The position numbers and the translations under genes were made by a program. From an uncultured Gemmatimonadales bacterium (lineage in GTDB: Bacteria; Gemmatimonadota; Gemmatimonadetes; Gemmatimonadales; GWC2-71-9), in NCBI GenBank assembly GCA_963757525.1, contig CAVWRM010000001.1, positions 2,631,685-2,695,684 on the forward strand: 64,000 nucleotides of DNA. The letters run 5' to 3'. Positions 45,888 to 54,181 of this stretch are shown here, piece by piece (positions within the stretch are counted from its first letter, which is position 1; the number at the start of each line of letters is the position of its first letter). The notes beneath the pieces were generated by a model that was given only the letters and a program-made list of their open reading frames with translations, was not told the DNA's origin and did no database searches.

Positions 45888-46679
45888 ATGACGACGAACG
45901 CCACCAGTACGTGCGCCTCATGCGGGTCTACCGGGACAGGCGCCTTCTGCTCGAGCTGCGGGACGCCTCGGGCGACATTCAATTGCCGCGGGTGCGGCCG
46001 CGGCGTCGTGCCCGGTTCCAATTATTGCTCCGGATGCGGACAGCCCGTAGGTCGGTCGTCGAGGGCGGTACCAGGTGAAACGGATCGGACCCCCTGGATC
46101 ATCGCGGGGGCGGCGCTCGTCGGCCTGCTGGGAGTCGTCCTCATGATGGTGATGCGTACGGCTCCTGTCGCGACGATGGCCGCCGAGCCGGCCTCGACGG
46201 TCGAGGCCGGAGACGGCGCCCCGCCGGATATCAGCAACATGTCGCCCCGCGAGCGATTCGACCGGCTCTACAATCGGGTCATGCGCGCGGCGCAGAGCGG
46301 CGATGAGGCGACCGTCAGCCGGTTCACCCCGATGGCGCTCATGGCGTACGCCCAACTCGATTCCCTGGACCCGGATGCCCGGTTTCACGCCGCCTTGCTC
46401 GAGGCCCACACCGGGGACGTGGCCGGCGCCGCCGCGCAGGCGGACACCATCCTCGCGCAACATCCCGGACACCTGTTCGGATACGTGGTCCGCGGGTCCG
46501 TGGCCCGCTGGCGGAAGGACGAGAAGGCGTTGACCCGGGCCTACGCCGGCTTCCTCGAGCACTACGACGCGGAGCTGAAGGCAGACCGGCCTGAATACGC
46601 GGACCACAAGACATCCATCGACGAGTTCCACCAGGCGGCTGAGACGGCGCGAAGGACCGCGAGGACGGAACGGTCGTAA
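45888..46679 (+). CDS. Membrane protein: N-terminal double zinc ribbon, one TM helix, TPR-like C-terminal domain
   Basis: CASCG..FCSSCG..CRGCG..YCSGCG; TM helix WIIAGAALVGLLGVVLMMV; helical-repeat C-terminus. Start taken at ATG 45888 (track start is TTG 45846). Confidence 0.65.
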   Translation: MTTNATSTCASCGSTGTGAFCSSCGTPRATFNCRGCGRGVVPGSNYCSGCGQPVGRSSRAVPGETDRTPWIIAGAALVGLLGVVLMMVMRTAPVATMAAEPASTVEAGDGAPPDISNMSPRERFDRLYNRVMRAAQSGDEATVSRFTPMALMAYAQLDSLDPDARFHAALLEAHTGDVAGAAAQADTILAQHPGHLFGYVVRGSVARWRKDEKALTRAYAGFLEHYDAELKADRPEYADHKTSIDEFHQAAETARRTARTERS

Positions 46680-46756
46680 GAGGGCGGGGCCTCTCCCTCT
46701 CCGTCCTTTCCGCCATTCCGTCCTATATTACGACGTCCCCCCGGGAGAGTTCCTAG

Positions 46757-47170
46757 ATGAAACCAGGCCACAAATTCCTCCTCGGCGCCGCGCTGATCGT
46801 GGGCAGTGTCGGATTCCTGATCGCCACGGGGGTGAAAGAGACGGGCGTGTACTTTCTTACGCCCACCGAGCTGGCCGCCAAGACCGTCAGCGACCCTACC
46901 TTCGTCGAGAACGTCGGGTTCAAGATCGGGGCGCGAGTCGTCCCCGGCTCCGTGCGGCGCGACAAGGCCGGCCGGACCATCGATTTCCGAGTGTCCGATG
47001 GCGTGAAGACGTACCCGGTCACCTATCACGGCCTCGTCCCCGACACGTTCACCGACGCCAACGACATCGAAGTCGTGGTCGAGGGCCGACTGGGTCGAGA
47101 CGGCGTCATTCGCGCCACCGACGTGCTCGCCAAGTGCGGCTCGCGCTACGAGGCCGTACCGAAAGCCTGA
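46757..47170 (+). CDS. ccmE: Cytochrome c maturation heme chaperone CcmE, Cys (CXXXY) variant
   Basis: N-terminal TM anchor, OB-fold region (IGARVVPGSV..FRVSDG...VTYHG.VPD.F...IEVVVEG). The C-terminal motif is LAKCGSRYE where canonical CcmE has LAKHDE.Y. Cys codon TGC at 47135-47137. Confidence 0.9.
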   Translation: MKPGHKFLLGAALIVGSVGFLIATGVKETGVYFLTPTELAAKTVSDPTFVENVGFKIGARVVPGSVRRDKAGRTIDFRVSDGVKTYPVTYHGLVPDTFTDANDIEVVVEGRLGRDGVIRATDVLAKCGSRYEAVPKA

Positions 47171-47177
47171 GACCTTC

Positions 47178-49208
47178 ATGACGCTGCTGGGTCAATTCGC
47201 GCTCTGGGCCGCCTTTCTCATCGGCCTCTGGGCCGTCGTGATCTCCTTCTCCGGGCGCTGGCGGAACCGGCCCGAGCTGGCGGCCACTGTCGTCCGGTCG
47301 GTCTACGCGGTATTCGGCTGCCTCGTCGTGGCGACGCTCGCCCTCTGGAAGGGCCTCATCATCCACGACTTCAACATCGAGTACGTCGCCGCCTATACCA
47401 GCCGCAATCTCCCGGGCTACTACATCGTTTCCGCGCTCTGGGCCGGGCAGAAGGGCTCGCTCCTCTTCTGGGCGACCGTCCTCTCGCTGTTCGCCAGCCT
47501 GTCCCAGCTGCTGACGTCGCGACGGTACGCCCATCTCATGCCGTACGTCGCGGGTGTCACCTCCGCCGTCGTCGTGTTCTTCGTGAGTGTGATGCTGTTC
47601 GGCTCGAACCCCTTCGAGCGGCTGCCCTATACGCCGGCGGACGGGCGCGGACTCAATCCCCAGCTCCAGAACGTCGGGATGGTCATCCATCCTCCGATGC
47701 TGTACCTGGGATACATCTCGATCACCATTCCATTCGCCTACGCGATCGCCGCCCTGCTGACTCGCCGGCTCGACACCGGATGGATCCAGGCGATCCGGAA
47801 GTGGACCCTCGTGAGCTGGCTCTTCCTCTCCATCGGCATCACGCTCGGAATGTGGTGGGCCTATGTGGAACTGGGCTGGGGCGGCTACTGGGCGTGGGAC
47901 CCGGTGGAGAACGCGAGCCTGCTGCCCTGGCTCACGATGACCGCGTTCTTGCACTCGGTGATGATCCAGGAAAAGCGGGGCATGCTGAAGCGCTGGAACC
48001 TGGGCCTCATCATCGGGACGTTCCTGCTCAGCATCTTCGGCACCTTCATCACCCGCTCGGGCGTGATCGCGAGCGTGCACAGCTTCACCCAGTCCAACGT
48101 GGGCTATTTCTTCCTCGGGTTCCTGGTGGTGGCAGCCGTGCTCTCGTTCACGCTGCTGTATACCCGCTGGCCCGAGCTCGAGGCGGACGTGCGGCTCGAG
48201 TCGATGCTGAGCCGGGAGGCGGCGTTCCTCTTCAATAACCTGCTGCTCGTCGGCATCGCCTTCTCCGTGCTCTGGGGAACCCTGTTCCCGATCCTGTCAG
48301 AGGCGGTGCGGGGGACCAAGATCACGGTCGGCCCGCCGTTCTTCAATCGCGTCAACGTCCCGCTGGGGTTGCTGCTGCTCGCGCTGACCGGCATCGGACC
48401 GCTCATCGCGTGGCGGAAGGCGTCGGCCGCGAACCTGCGACGCCAGTTCATCACGCCTGTCGTCACCGGCGTGGTCACCGTGCTCGCCCTGATGGCGGCG
48501 GGCATGCGGGATCCGTATCCCATCGTCGCCCTCGGACTCGCCGGTTTCGTCGCCGGCACGATCGGCCAGGAATTCTACCGCGGAGTGCGGGCCCGGCGGC
48601 GGATGCACCACGAGTCGGTGCCTCTCGCCTTCCTCCGTCTCATCGAGCGCAACCGGCGCCGGTACGGCGGGTATATCGTGCACGCCGGGATTCTCATCTA
48701 CTTCGCCGCGTTCGCCGGGATGGCATTCCGGGTTCAGGAGGAGGTCACGCTCAAGCCGGGCGACTCGGTGATGCTCAAGAGTCCTTTCGGACACGAGTAT
48801 CGCTTCACCCACGTCGGCATCTCGCAGTATGAAGCGCTGAACCGCGTCGTCTCCGCGGCGACCGTCGAGGTGGTGAAGGACGGCAAGGCGGCGGGATTGC
48901 TGACCTCGGAGAAGCGCCAGCACGTCGACAGCTTCAAGCGGCCGACCTTCGAGCCCTCGACCGAGGTGGGCATCCGGAGCAACCTGCAGGAAGATCTCTA
49001 TCTGGTGTTCGCCGGATCGGTCGACGGGACCGAAGAGGCGGTCTACCGGTTCACCATCAATCCGCTGGTGTGGTGGGTCTGGTTTGGCGGCTTCGTGCTC
49101 GTCTTCGGCGGCATCATCACCATGTGGCCCGGTGGCGGCCCGACGGTGTCGACCCGCCGTCCGGAGCAGGCGGGGTACGGAGTCACCCTGGTGGGGAGCG
49201 AATCGTGA
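47178..49208 (+). CDS. ccmF: Cytochrome c heme lyase subunit CcmF
   Basis: WWD domain WGGYWAWDPVENASLLPWL. About 15 TM segments. 676 aa. Confidence 0.95.
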   Translation: MTLLGQFALWAAFLIGLWAVVISFSGRWRNRPELAATVVRSVYAVFGCLVVATLALWKGLIIHDFNIEYVAAYTSRNLPGYYIVSALWAGQKGSLLFWATVLSLFASLSQLLTSRRYAHLMPYVAGVTSAVVVFFVSVMLFGSNPFERLPYTPADGRGLNPQLQNVGMVIHPPMLYLGYISITIPFAYAIAALLTRRLDTGWIQAIRKWTLVSWLFLSIGITLGMWWAYVELGWGGYWAWDPVENASLLPWLTMTAFLHSVMIQEKRGMLKRWNLGLIIGTFLLSIFGTFITRSGVIASVHSFTQSNVGYFFLGFLVVAAVLSFTLLYTRWPELEADVRLESMLSREAAFLFNNLLLVGIAFSVLWGTLFPILSEAVRGTKITVGPPFFNRVNVPLGLLLLALTGIGPLIAWRKASAANLRRQFITPVVTGVVTVLALMAAGMRDPYPIVALGLAGFVAGTIGQEFYRGVRARRRMHHESVPLAFLRLIERNRRRYGGYIVHAGILIYFAAFAGMAFRVQEEVTLKPGDSVMLKSPFGHEYRFTHVGISQYEALNRVVSAATVEVVKDGKAAGLLTSEKRQHVDSFKRPTFEPSTEVGIRSNLQEDLYLVFAGSVDGTEEAVYRFTINPLVWWVWFGGFVLVFGGIITMWPGGGPTVSTRRPEQAGYGVTLVGSES

Positions 49209-49834
49209 AGACGACGGAAACGACGCCTTGCTCACGTCGCTCCTTTCTCGGCGCCGGCCTCGCGCTCTTCGCACAGGACTCGCTGGCCGGCCGCGGCAAG
49301 GTGGGCACGCTGCGGGATCCGACGGTGCTCGGCCGGTCCCGCCAGCCGACGCTGCCCGGGGAGAACGAGGCCGAGATCCAGGCGATCGAGACCAGGCTCG
49401 CCTGTAACTGCGGCTGCACCCTCGACGTGTTCACCTGCCGCACCACCGACTTCTCCTGCACCTATTCGCCCAAGCTCCATCGCGAAGTGCTGGCCCTCAG
49501 GGAGAAGGGGCTCACCGCGCAACAGGTACTCGACGCGTTCGTGACCGAATACGGCGAGAAGGCGCTGATGGCGCCGAAGCCGAGCGGGTTCAACCTCTGG
49601 GGCTATCTCCTGCCGGGGGCGGTGATTCTCGCCGCCGGCGCCGGACTGTTCGCCGTGATCGCCCGGCGCAAAGCGGCGCTGGCCGGGGTGGGTGGGGATA
49701 GCGGTGGACCGGCATCGGACGCCGGGACGTCGCCGGGCCCCTGGAGTGGAGGAGGTGGGGCCGCGCCGGCGGGCGACGCCAGCGCGGAGGAGATGGAACG
49801 GCTGCGGCAGGCGTTGAGCGAGGTAGAGGACTGA
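49205..49834 (+). CDS. CcmH/NrfF-like protein, atypical (Tat-like signal, CNCGC instead of LRCxxC)
   Basis: The GTG start forms a GTGA overlap with ccmF. SRRSFLGAGLALFA. IETRLACNCGCTLDVFTC...REKGLTAQQVLDAFVTEYGEKAL..P aligns with CcmH (LRCPKCQ...GKSKKEIVDYMVARYG.FV). C-terminal TM helix. Confidence 0.7.
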   Translation: MKTTETTPCSRRSFLGAGLALFAQDSLAGRGKVGTLRDPTVLGRSRQPTLPGENEAEIQAIETRLACNCGCTLDVFTCRTTDFSCTYSPKLHREVLALREKGLTAQQVLDAFVTEYGEKALMAPKPSGFNLWGYLLPGAVILAAGAGLFAVIARRKAALAGVGGDSGGPASDAGTSPGPWSGGGGAAPAGDASAEEMERLRQALSEVED

Positions 49835-49853
49835 TGGCCGTGGTGGTGAGCTG

Positions 49854-50393
49854 ATGGCGGTGGAGGCGCTGGCCGCCGCCGTCCTGGGGCTCGCCGCGCT
49901 GTTTCTGGTTCTACAGCCGGTGATGAGCCGGCGCCCGATGACGCCGCCCGCGTACGAGCCGCCCGACCCGGAGGAAACACCCAAGGGCGTGGCGCTGGCG
50001 GCGCTCAAGGAGATCGAGTTCGACCGGGAGACCGGCAAGCTCTCCGACGCGGACTATGACCTCCTCAAATCGAAATACACCCGCCAGGCGCTGGAGGCAT
50101 TGCGGGCGGAGGACCGAGACGCCGCGGAGGCGGGTCCGGAGGCCGGCGACGTCGAGGCCATGATCGCTGCCAGGGTTAGAACCCTCCGCTTCGCTGCGAC
50201 CTCGCCGCCGCCGGGTATTTCCGACTCGACTCCGACTTGCCCATCCTGCGGTCCGCGCCCCGAGCCCGACGCGGTTTTCTGCTCCCATTGCGGAACCCGC
50301 CTTCCGCTGGCCGGCACGTGCGCCGGCTGCGGCGCGGCACTCGGACCGGACAGCCGGTTCTGCGAGCACTGCGGGGCGGCCGTTGCCGCCTGA
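49854..50393 (+). CDS. CcmI-N-terminal-like membrane protein with C-terminal double zinc ribbon
   Basis: N-terminal TM helix (AAAVLGLAALFLVLQPV). LAALKEIEFDRETGKLSDADYDLLKSKY is a motif I associate with Ccm-linked small proteins. CPSCG..FCSHCG..CAGCG..FCEHCG. Confidence 0.6.
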   Translation: MAVEALAAAVLGLAALFLVLQPVMSRRPMTPPAYEPPDPEETPKGVALAALKEIEFDRETGKLSDADYDLLKSKYTRQALEALRAEDRDAAEAGPEAGDVEAMIAARVRTLRFAATSPPPGISDSTPTCPSCGPRPEPDAVFCSHCGTRLPLAGTCAGCGAALGPDSRFCEHCGAAVAA

Positions 50394-50417
50394 GCTGCCG
50401 TGGTGAGGACGGAGTAA

Positions 50418-50579
50418 GTGGAAGGCCTCTTCGGCTTCCTCGGCGCCACGGTCCTCGGCGGGATCGGCTGGTGGCTCGGCGAGCGCGTGGGAGTCATGAC
50501 CGCGTTCATGGTGAGCATGGTCGGCACCGGCGTCGGGCTGTACCTGGGACGCCGATTTGCCCGCGATCATCTGGGATAG
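50418..50579 (+). CDS. Small (53 aa) glycine-zipper membrane protein, hypothetical
   Basis: Not in the track (<60 aa). GTG preceded by GGAG 3 nt upstream. VEGLFGFLGATVLGGIGWWLGERVGVMTAFMVSMVGTGVGLYLGRRFARDHLG. Strong G/C third-position bias. Confidence 0.5.
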   Translation: MEGLFGFLGATVLGGIGWWLGERVGVMTAFMVSMVGTGVGLYLGRRFARDHLG

Positions 50580-50621
50580 AGGCGGACGCCGGGCAGGCGC
50601 GCAGGCGGTCGTGGGCACCGG

Positions 50622-51215
50622 TCAGAGCCTCAGGAGCAGTCGGGCCGAGACTTCGCGCCGCCAGAGGGCGCGCGGCGCGAAGCCCGGATCGAGATCGGCG
50701 CTCGTAAATGGCGATCCGCCGACCGCTACCCGCCCTCTGACGGATGCCTGCCACTGATCTCCGAGCGAGACTCGAAGCTCGAGCGCCGTGGCGATGCTTG
50801 CGCGGAGGTGCGTTGCGGCGCCGGCGAGATCCCACCGTTCCAGCAGCGGGCCTATTCCTGCCAGCACCCTCGAATCATGCCCCAGCGTGGCCAGCTCATG
50901 TGATGCCTCGATGGCGACGCCATAGAGCGTGAGCGCGTCTTTGACCGCGACGACCGCGTCATCTCCCTCCAGCGCCAGGCCGGCGCTCCCGTAATACCCG
51001 TGAAGGGCCACGCTCGTCGCCCCCCACGACCGTGCCAGCACCGCGCCGAACAGTGTGGGCCGGTACGGCCGGAGGGAACGATCGCCGGATATTTCCCTGG
51101 AGCCGCCCCAGAACCGCGCGGCAGCGACGTCGGCGCCAACCGCCCACTGGGCCGCCACCGACGAAGCGGCGGGGCAGGCGGCCACGGCGATGGCGAGTGT
51201 GAGGCGTCGAAGCAT
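50622..51215 (-). CDS. Outer-membrane beta-barrel protein, hypothetical
   Basis: Signal peptide MLRRLTLAIAVAACPAASSVAA|Q. Short amphipathic strands. Start taken at ATG 51215. Confidence 0.55.
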   Translation of the reverse strand: MLRRLTLAIAVAACPAASSVAAQWAVGADVAAARFWGGSREISGDRSLRPYRPTLFGAVLARSWGATSVALHGYYGSAGLALEGDDAVVAVKDALTLYGVAIEASHELATLGHDSRVLAGIGPLLERWDLAGAATHLRASIATALELRVSLGDQWQASVRGRVAVGGSPFTSADLDPGFAPRALWRREVSARLLLRL

Positions 51216-51278
51216 GCCCGAAGGTACCAATCAGACATCAACCGACGATCAACCACCGCCGTGGCGCCGTGGCGCGAG

Positions 51279-52457
51279 TCATTTCATCTGCAGCTTGATC
51301 CATCCATTGGTCGCGTTGTTCTCCCCCTTCACGACCCAGTTGAACCCCGGATGGCTCTCCCCGGCGACTACGTCCTCCACCGCGTTGCCGATCAGGTCGT
51401 CCTGCGACGTGATGAAGGAGTACGCCGCGCGAAGGATCTTCTGGAGCGCGTTGGCGCGCTTGACGATCTTGCCCAGGCCCGACGTGGTGGTGTCCTTCCC
51501 GCCGGTGAGGTTGGGATACGACGACTGCAGGACGGTCATGAAGGACTTGAACCGGTTGTTGTCGAGCCGGATGGCGCAGGCCCCGTCGTCATCCTCGAAG
51601 GCCACGATCCGGAAGTTCTGGTTGGGGTGCTGTTTCCGATAGGAGTCGAGTTGGGACTGGTTGAACAGCAGCACGCTGCCGCTCCAGTCGAGAGTGTTCT
51701 GGTCGAAGGCGTAGTACCCCGACGCATGCTCGCCCGCGCACTGGTAGCTGGTGAGCGAGTCGGTTTGCCCCGACTGGCCGAGGATGTGGATCTCGTACTC
51801 GGGGTTGCCCTTGAGCCACCCTTCGAAGTCCTGCGTGAAATGACTGGCCGTCATGTACAGGCCGGCCGGGGCGGTGGGCGGAGCGCCGGCGCAGCAGACG
51901 AACGGCGCGCTGGCCGTGGGCTGGTTGAAGTCGGTCTCGACCGGGACGAGCGCGAGCACGGGCGTGGCCGGTGGACGAGCGGGACTCAGCAGGAGCCGCC
52001 GGCCCCGGATGTCGAACGCGACGGGTGTCTCCCCGTCTTCGCGCTCGGTGGCCACCAGGATGTCCGGTCCGCCGGTCCAGCGCGCCCGGTGCTCCGCGAC
52101 GGGCAGATAGAGCTCCAGCGGCACCGAGCCCGCGGCATCGGCATCGACGCTCGATTCGGCATCGCGGCTGATTTTTGCGATGCTTCGGAGTGCGGCGCGG
52201 TTTTCTCCCTGGAGAAACCGCTGGAAATGAATCTTGTGCTCCCGCACCGGCGACCGGTCGAGCCGCGACTTGATGGCGGCGCGGAAGGCCGGGTCCGCGA
52301 GGGCCAGCGCGAAGCGGCGGGCCAGCCGCTCGCGCGACGCGCGCTCGCTTATCCTGACGGTGGTACCGGCCATGCTCGGCGCGGTGGGCGCATCGCGCTC
52401 GCACGCCACGACAGCAGCGACCAGCGCGAAGAGGCAAAGACGAAGACGGGTGGACAT
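51279..52457 (-). CDS. Lipoprotein, hypothetical
   Basis: Lipobox LVAAVVA|C. AAGGAGGAG Shine-Dalgarno 1 nt upstream of the ATG. 392 aa. No family recognised. Confidence 0.65.
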   Translation of the reverse strand: MSTRLRLCLFALVAAVVACERDAPTAPSMAGTTVRISERASRERLARRFALALADPAFRAAIKSRLDRSPVREHKIHFQRFLQGENRAALRSIAKISRDAESSVDADAAGSVPLELYLPVAEHRARWTGGPDILVATEREDGETPVAFDIRGRRLLLSPARPPATPVLALVPVETDFNQPTASAPFVCCAGAPPTAPAGLYMTASHFTQDFEGWLKGNPEYEIHILGQSGQTDSLTSYQCAGEHASGYYAFDQNTLDWSGSVLLFNQSQLDSYRKQHPNQNFRIVAFEDDDGACAIRLDNNRFKSFMTVLQSSYPNLTGGKDTTTSGLGKIVKRANALQKILRAAYSFITSQDDLIGNAVEDVVAGESHPGFNWVVKGENNATNGWIKLQMK

Positions 52458-52582
52458 GGCTCCTCCTTGTTCGAGTGGGCGTCCCGCGATGAGCCGCGGT
52501 GGCCGACAGCGACGCGAAGGTAGGAGCAGTCGATTTCCGTACTGGTGTCGAGTTTATGCGGCGGGGAACGGTAAAGAGCGGA

Positions 52583-52960
52583 CTACCGCCCCGCGAGCGC
52601 TTTCCGCCGCAGTCTGATGCTCGCGAGAAGCTTGGCGGCGGTGAATGGCTTGCTCAGCGACGGCAGCGACTCGAGTGACCCGTACTCCTCGCTCGGCACC
52701 GGGTCGTCGCGCCGCCCGAGACGCAGCACCCGGATCCTCGGCGCCTTCCGTCGGGCAAACCGGATCACTTCCCAGCCGTGCAACCCGGGCATCTCGGTGT
52801 CGACCACCGCGAGCCCGATGTCGCTTGCCTGTCGGCTCAGGATGGCGATCGCGTGGAAGCCGTCACGGGCCTGGAGGACGTGAAAGCCGGCAGCGGCAAG
52901 GGTATGGGCGGCGAGAGAGCGGGAGAGACCATCGTCGTCTACGACGAGCGCAGTGGGCAT
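52583..52960 (-). CDS. Single-domain response regulator (CheY-like receiver)
   Basis: ALVVDDD, phospho-acceptor region VVDTEMPGLHG, LSKPF. Confidence 0.85.
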   Translation of the reverse strand: MPTALVVDDDGLSRSLAAHTLAAAGFHVLQARDGFHAIAILSRQASDIGLAVVDTEMPGLHGWEVIRFARRKAPRIRVLRLGRRDDPVPSEEYGSLESLPSLSKPFTAAKLLASIRLRRKALAGR

Positions 52961-53132
52961 CGGTTACGCAAAGGCCCCGGGTGCGACGCACGGGGGGGGC
53001 TTCGCCCTTTAGCGGATTGTTTAACGTGGCCGCAAGCAGCGTCAAATCGCCACGATGATCGATTGTCGAACCGGTGGAACTATACACTCGCCGTTTAGGG
53101 TGGCAATACCCTGACGGGTCGCGGGTCGACCG

Positions 53133-54179
53133 CTATCGCCGCAACGCGGCGGCGGCGGCGGCGAGGCCCATCTCCACCGCGTCAGACGGCAAATCGAGGT
53201 GGGTCACCGCCCGGCAGAGCGTCGGGCCGAGGATGCTGAACCGGACGCCGGAATGTTCCAGCGTCCGGCGCCCGAACTCGTCGCCGGTGATGCCCGTCCG
53301 GCGAATGTCGAAGATCACGATGTTGGTTTCCACCCGGTCGGCGTCGATCTCGACCCCCGGGATCTTGGCCAAGCCTCGGGCCAGAGCCCGCGCGCGCTCG
53401 TGGTCTTCCGCCAGCCGCGAGACGTGGTGCTCCAGCGCGTAGATCCCCGCCGCCGCCACGATGCCGGCCTGTCGCATCGCCCCGCCGAAGCGCTGCTTGA
53501 ACACCCACGACTGCTCGATGAAGTCGCGCGAGCCGGCCAGCACGGCGCCGAGGGGAGCGCCGAGCCCCTTGGTGAGATCGATCCAGACGCTGTCGAAGGG
53601 TGCGGCGAAGGCGGCCGCGCTCGTACCGCTGGCCACCACGGCATTGAGCAGCCTCGCGCCGTCCATGTGGCAAACGAGTCCGGCCGAATGCGCCACCTCC
53701 GAGATCTCGCGCAGCGTCTGCACCTGCCAGCAGGCGCCGCCCGCGATGTTCGCGGTCTGCTCCACCGAGACCACCCGGGAGCGCGGCATGTAGTGCACCG
53801 GCGGGTGAATCGCCTGTCGCACGTCGGCCGCGGTGAACTGTCCCCGCGGACCGCGCAGCTGTCGCAGCACCGCACCCGACACCGGCGCCGGTCCGCCGGC
53901 CTCATACAGCAGCGGGTGCGCCGTCTCGTGCAGGAGGATCTCGTCCCCCGGGCGGCAATGGACCGCGAATGAGACCTGGTTGCACATCGTCCCACTCGGG
54001 AGGAACAGGCCGGCTTCCTTGTCGAGCAGCTCGGCCACCAGGTCCTGCAACCGGTTGACGGTGGGATCCTCCCGCTGCTGCTCGTCGCCCACCTCGGCGT
54101 CGGCCATGGCCCGGCGCATGGCGGGGGTGGGTTTGGTGACGGTGTCGCTGTAGAAGTCGATCAGGGGAGATGGAGGCAT
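53133..54179 (-). CDS. ltaE: Low-specificity L-threonine aldolase
   Basis: DFYSDTVTKPTPAMRRAMADAEVGDE, GTMCNQ, DLTKGLGAP (PLP Lys), FGGAMRQAG. Confidence 0.88.
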   Translation of the reverse strand: MPPSPLIDFYSDTVTKPTPAMRRAMADAEVGDEQQREDPTVNRLQDLVAELLDKEAGLFLPSGTMCNQVSFAVHCRPGDEILLHETAHPLLYEAGGPAPVSGAVLRQLRGPRGQFTAADVRQAIHPPVHYMPRSRVVSVEQTANIAGGACWQVQTLREISEVAHSAGLVCHMDGARLLNAVVASGTSAAAFAAPFDSVWIDLTKGLGAPLGAVLAGSRDFIEQSWVFKQRFGGAMRQAGIVAAAGIYALEHHVSRLAEDHERARALARGLAKIPGVEIDADRVETNIVIFDIRRTGITGDEFGRRTLEHSGVRFSILGPTLCRAVTHLDLPSDAVEMGLAAAAAALRR

Positions 54180-54181
54180 GG

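Noticed and set aside
46697-46715. 19-nt identical pyrimidine-rich stretch CCTCTCCGTCCTTTCCGCC. One copy is upstream of ccmE; the other is inside the DPP-IV signal-peptide coding region (61102-61120), where it is part of a 9-nt periodic (SVL)n-coding repeat.
   Set aside because: The composition is low in complexity and the two contexts differ (5' leader versus coding). A chance match or simple-sequence convergence cannot be excluded without genome-wide statistics.
52992-52999. G8 homopolymer about 32-39 nt upstream of the response-regulator start, considered as a possible slipped-strand phase-variation switch.
   Set aside because: A single tract in very G/C-rich DNA could arise by chance. 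I have no population data or second allele to support variability.
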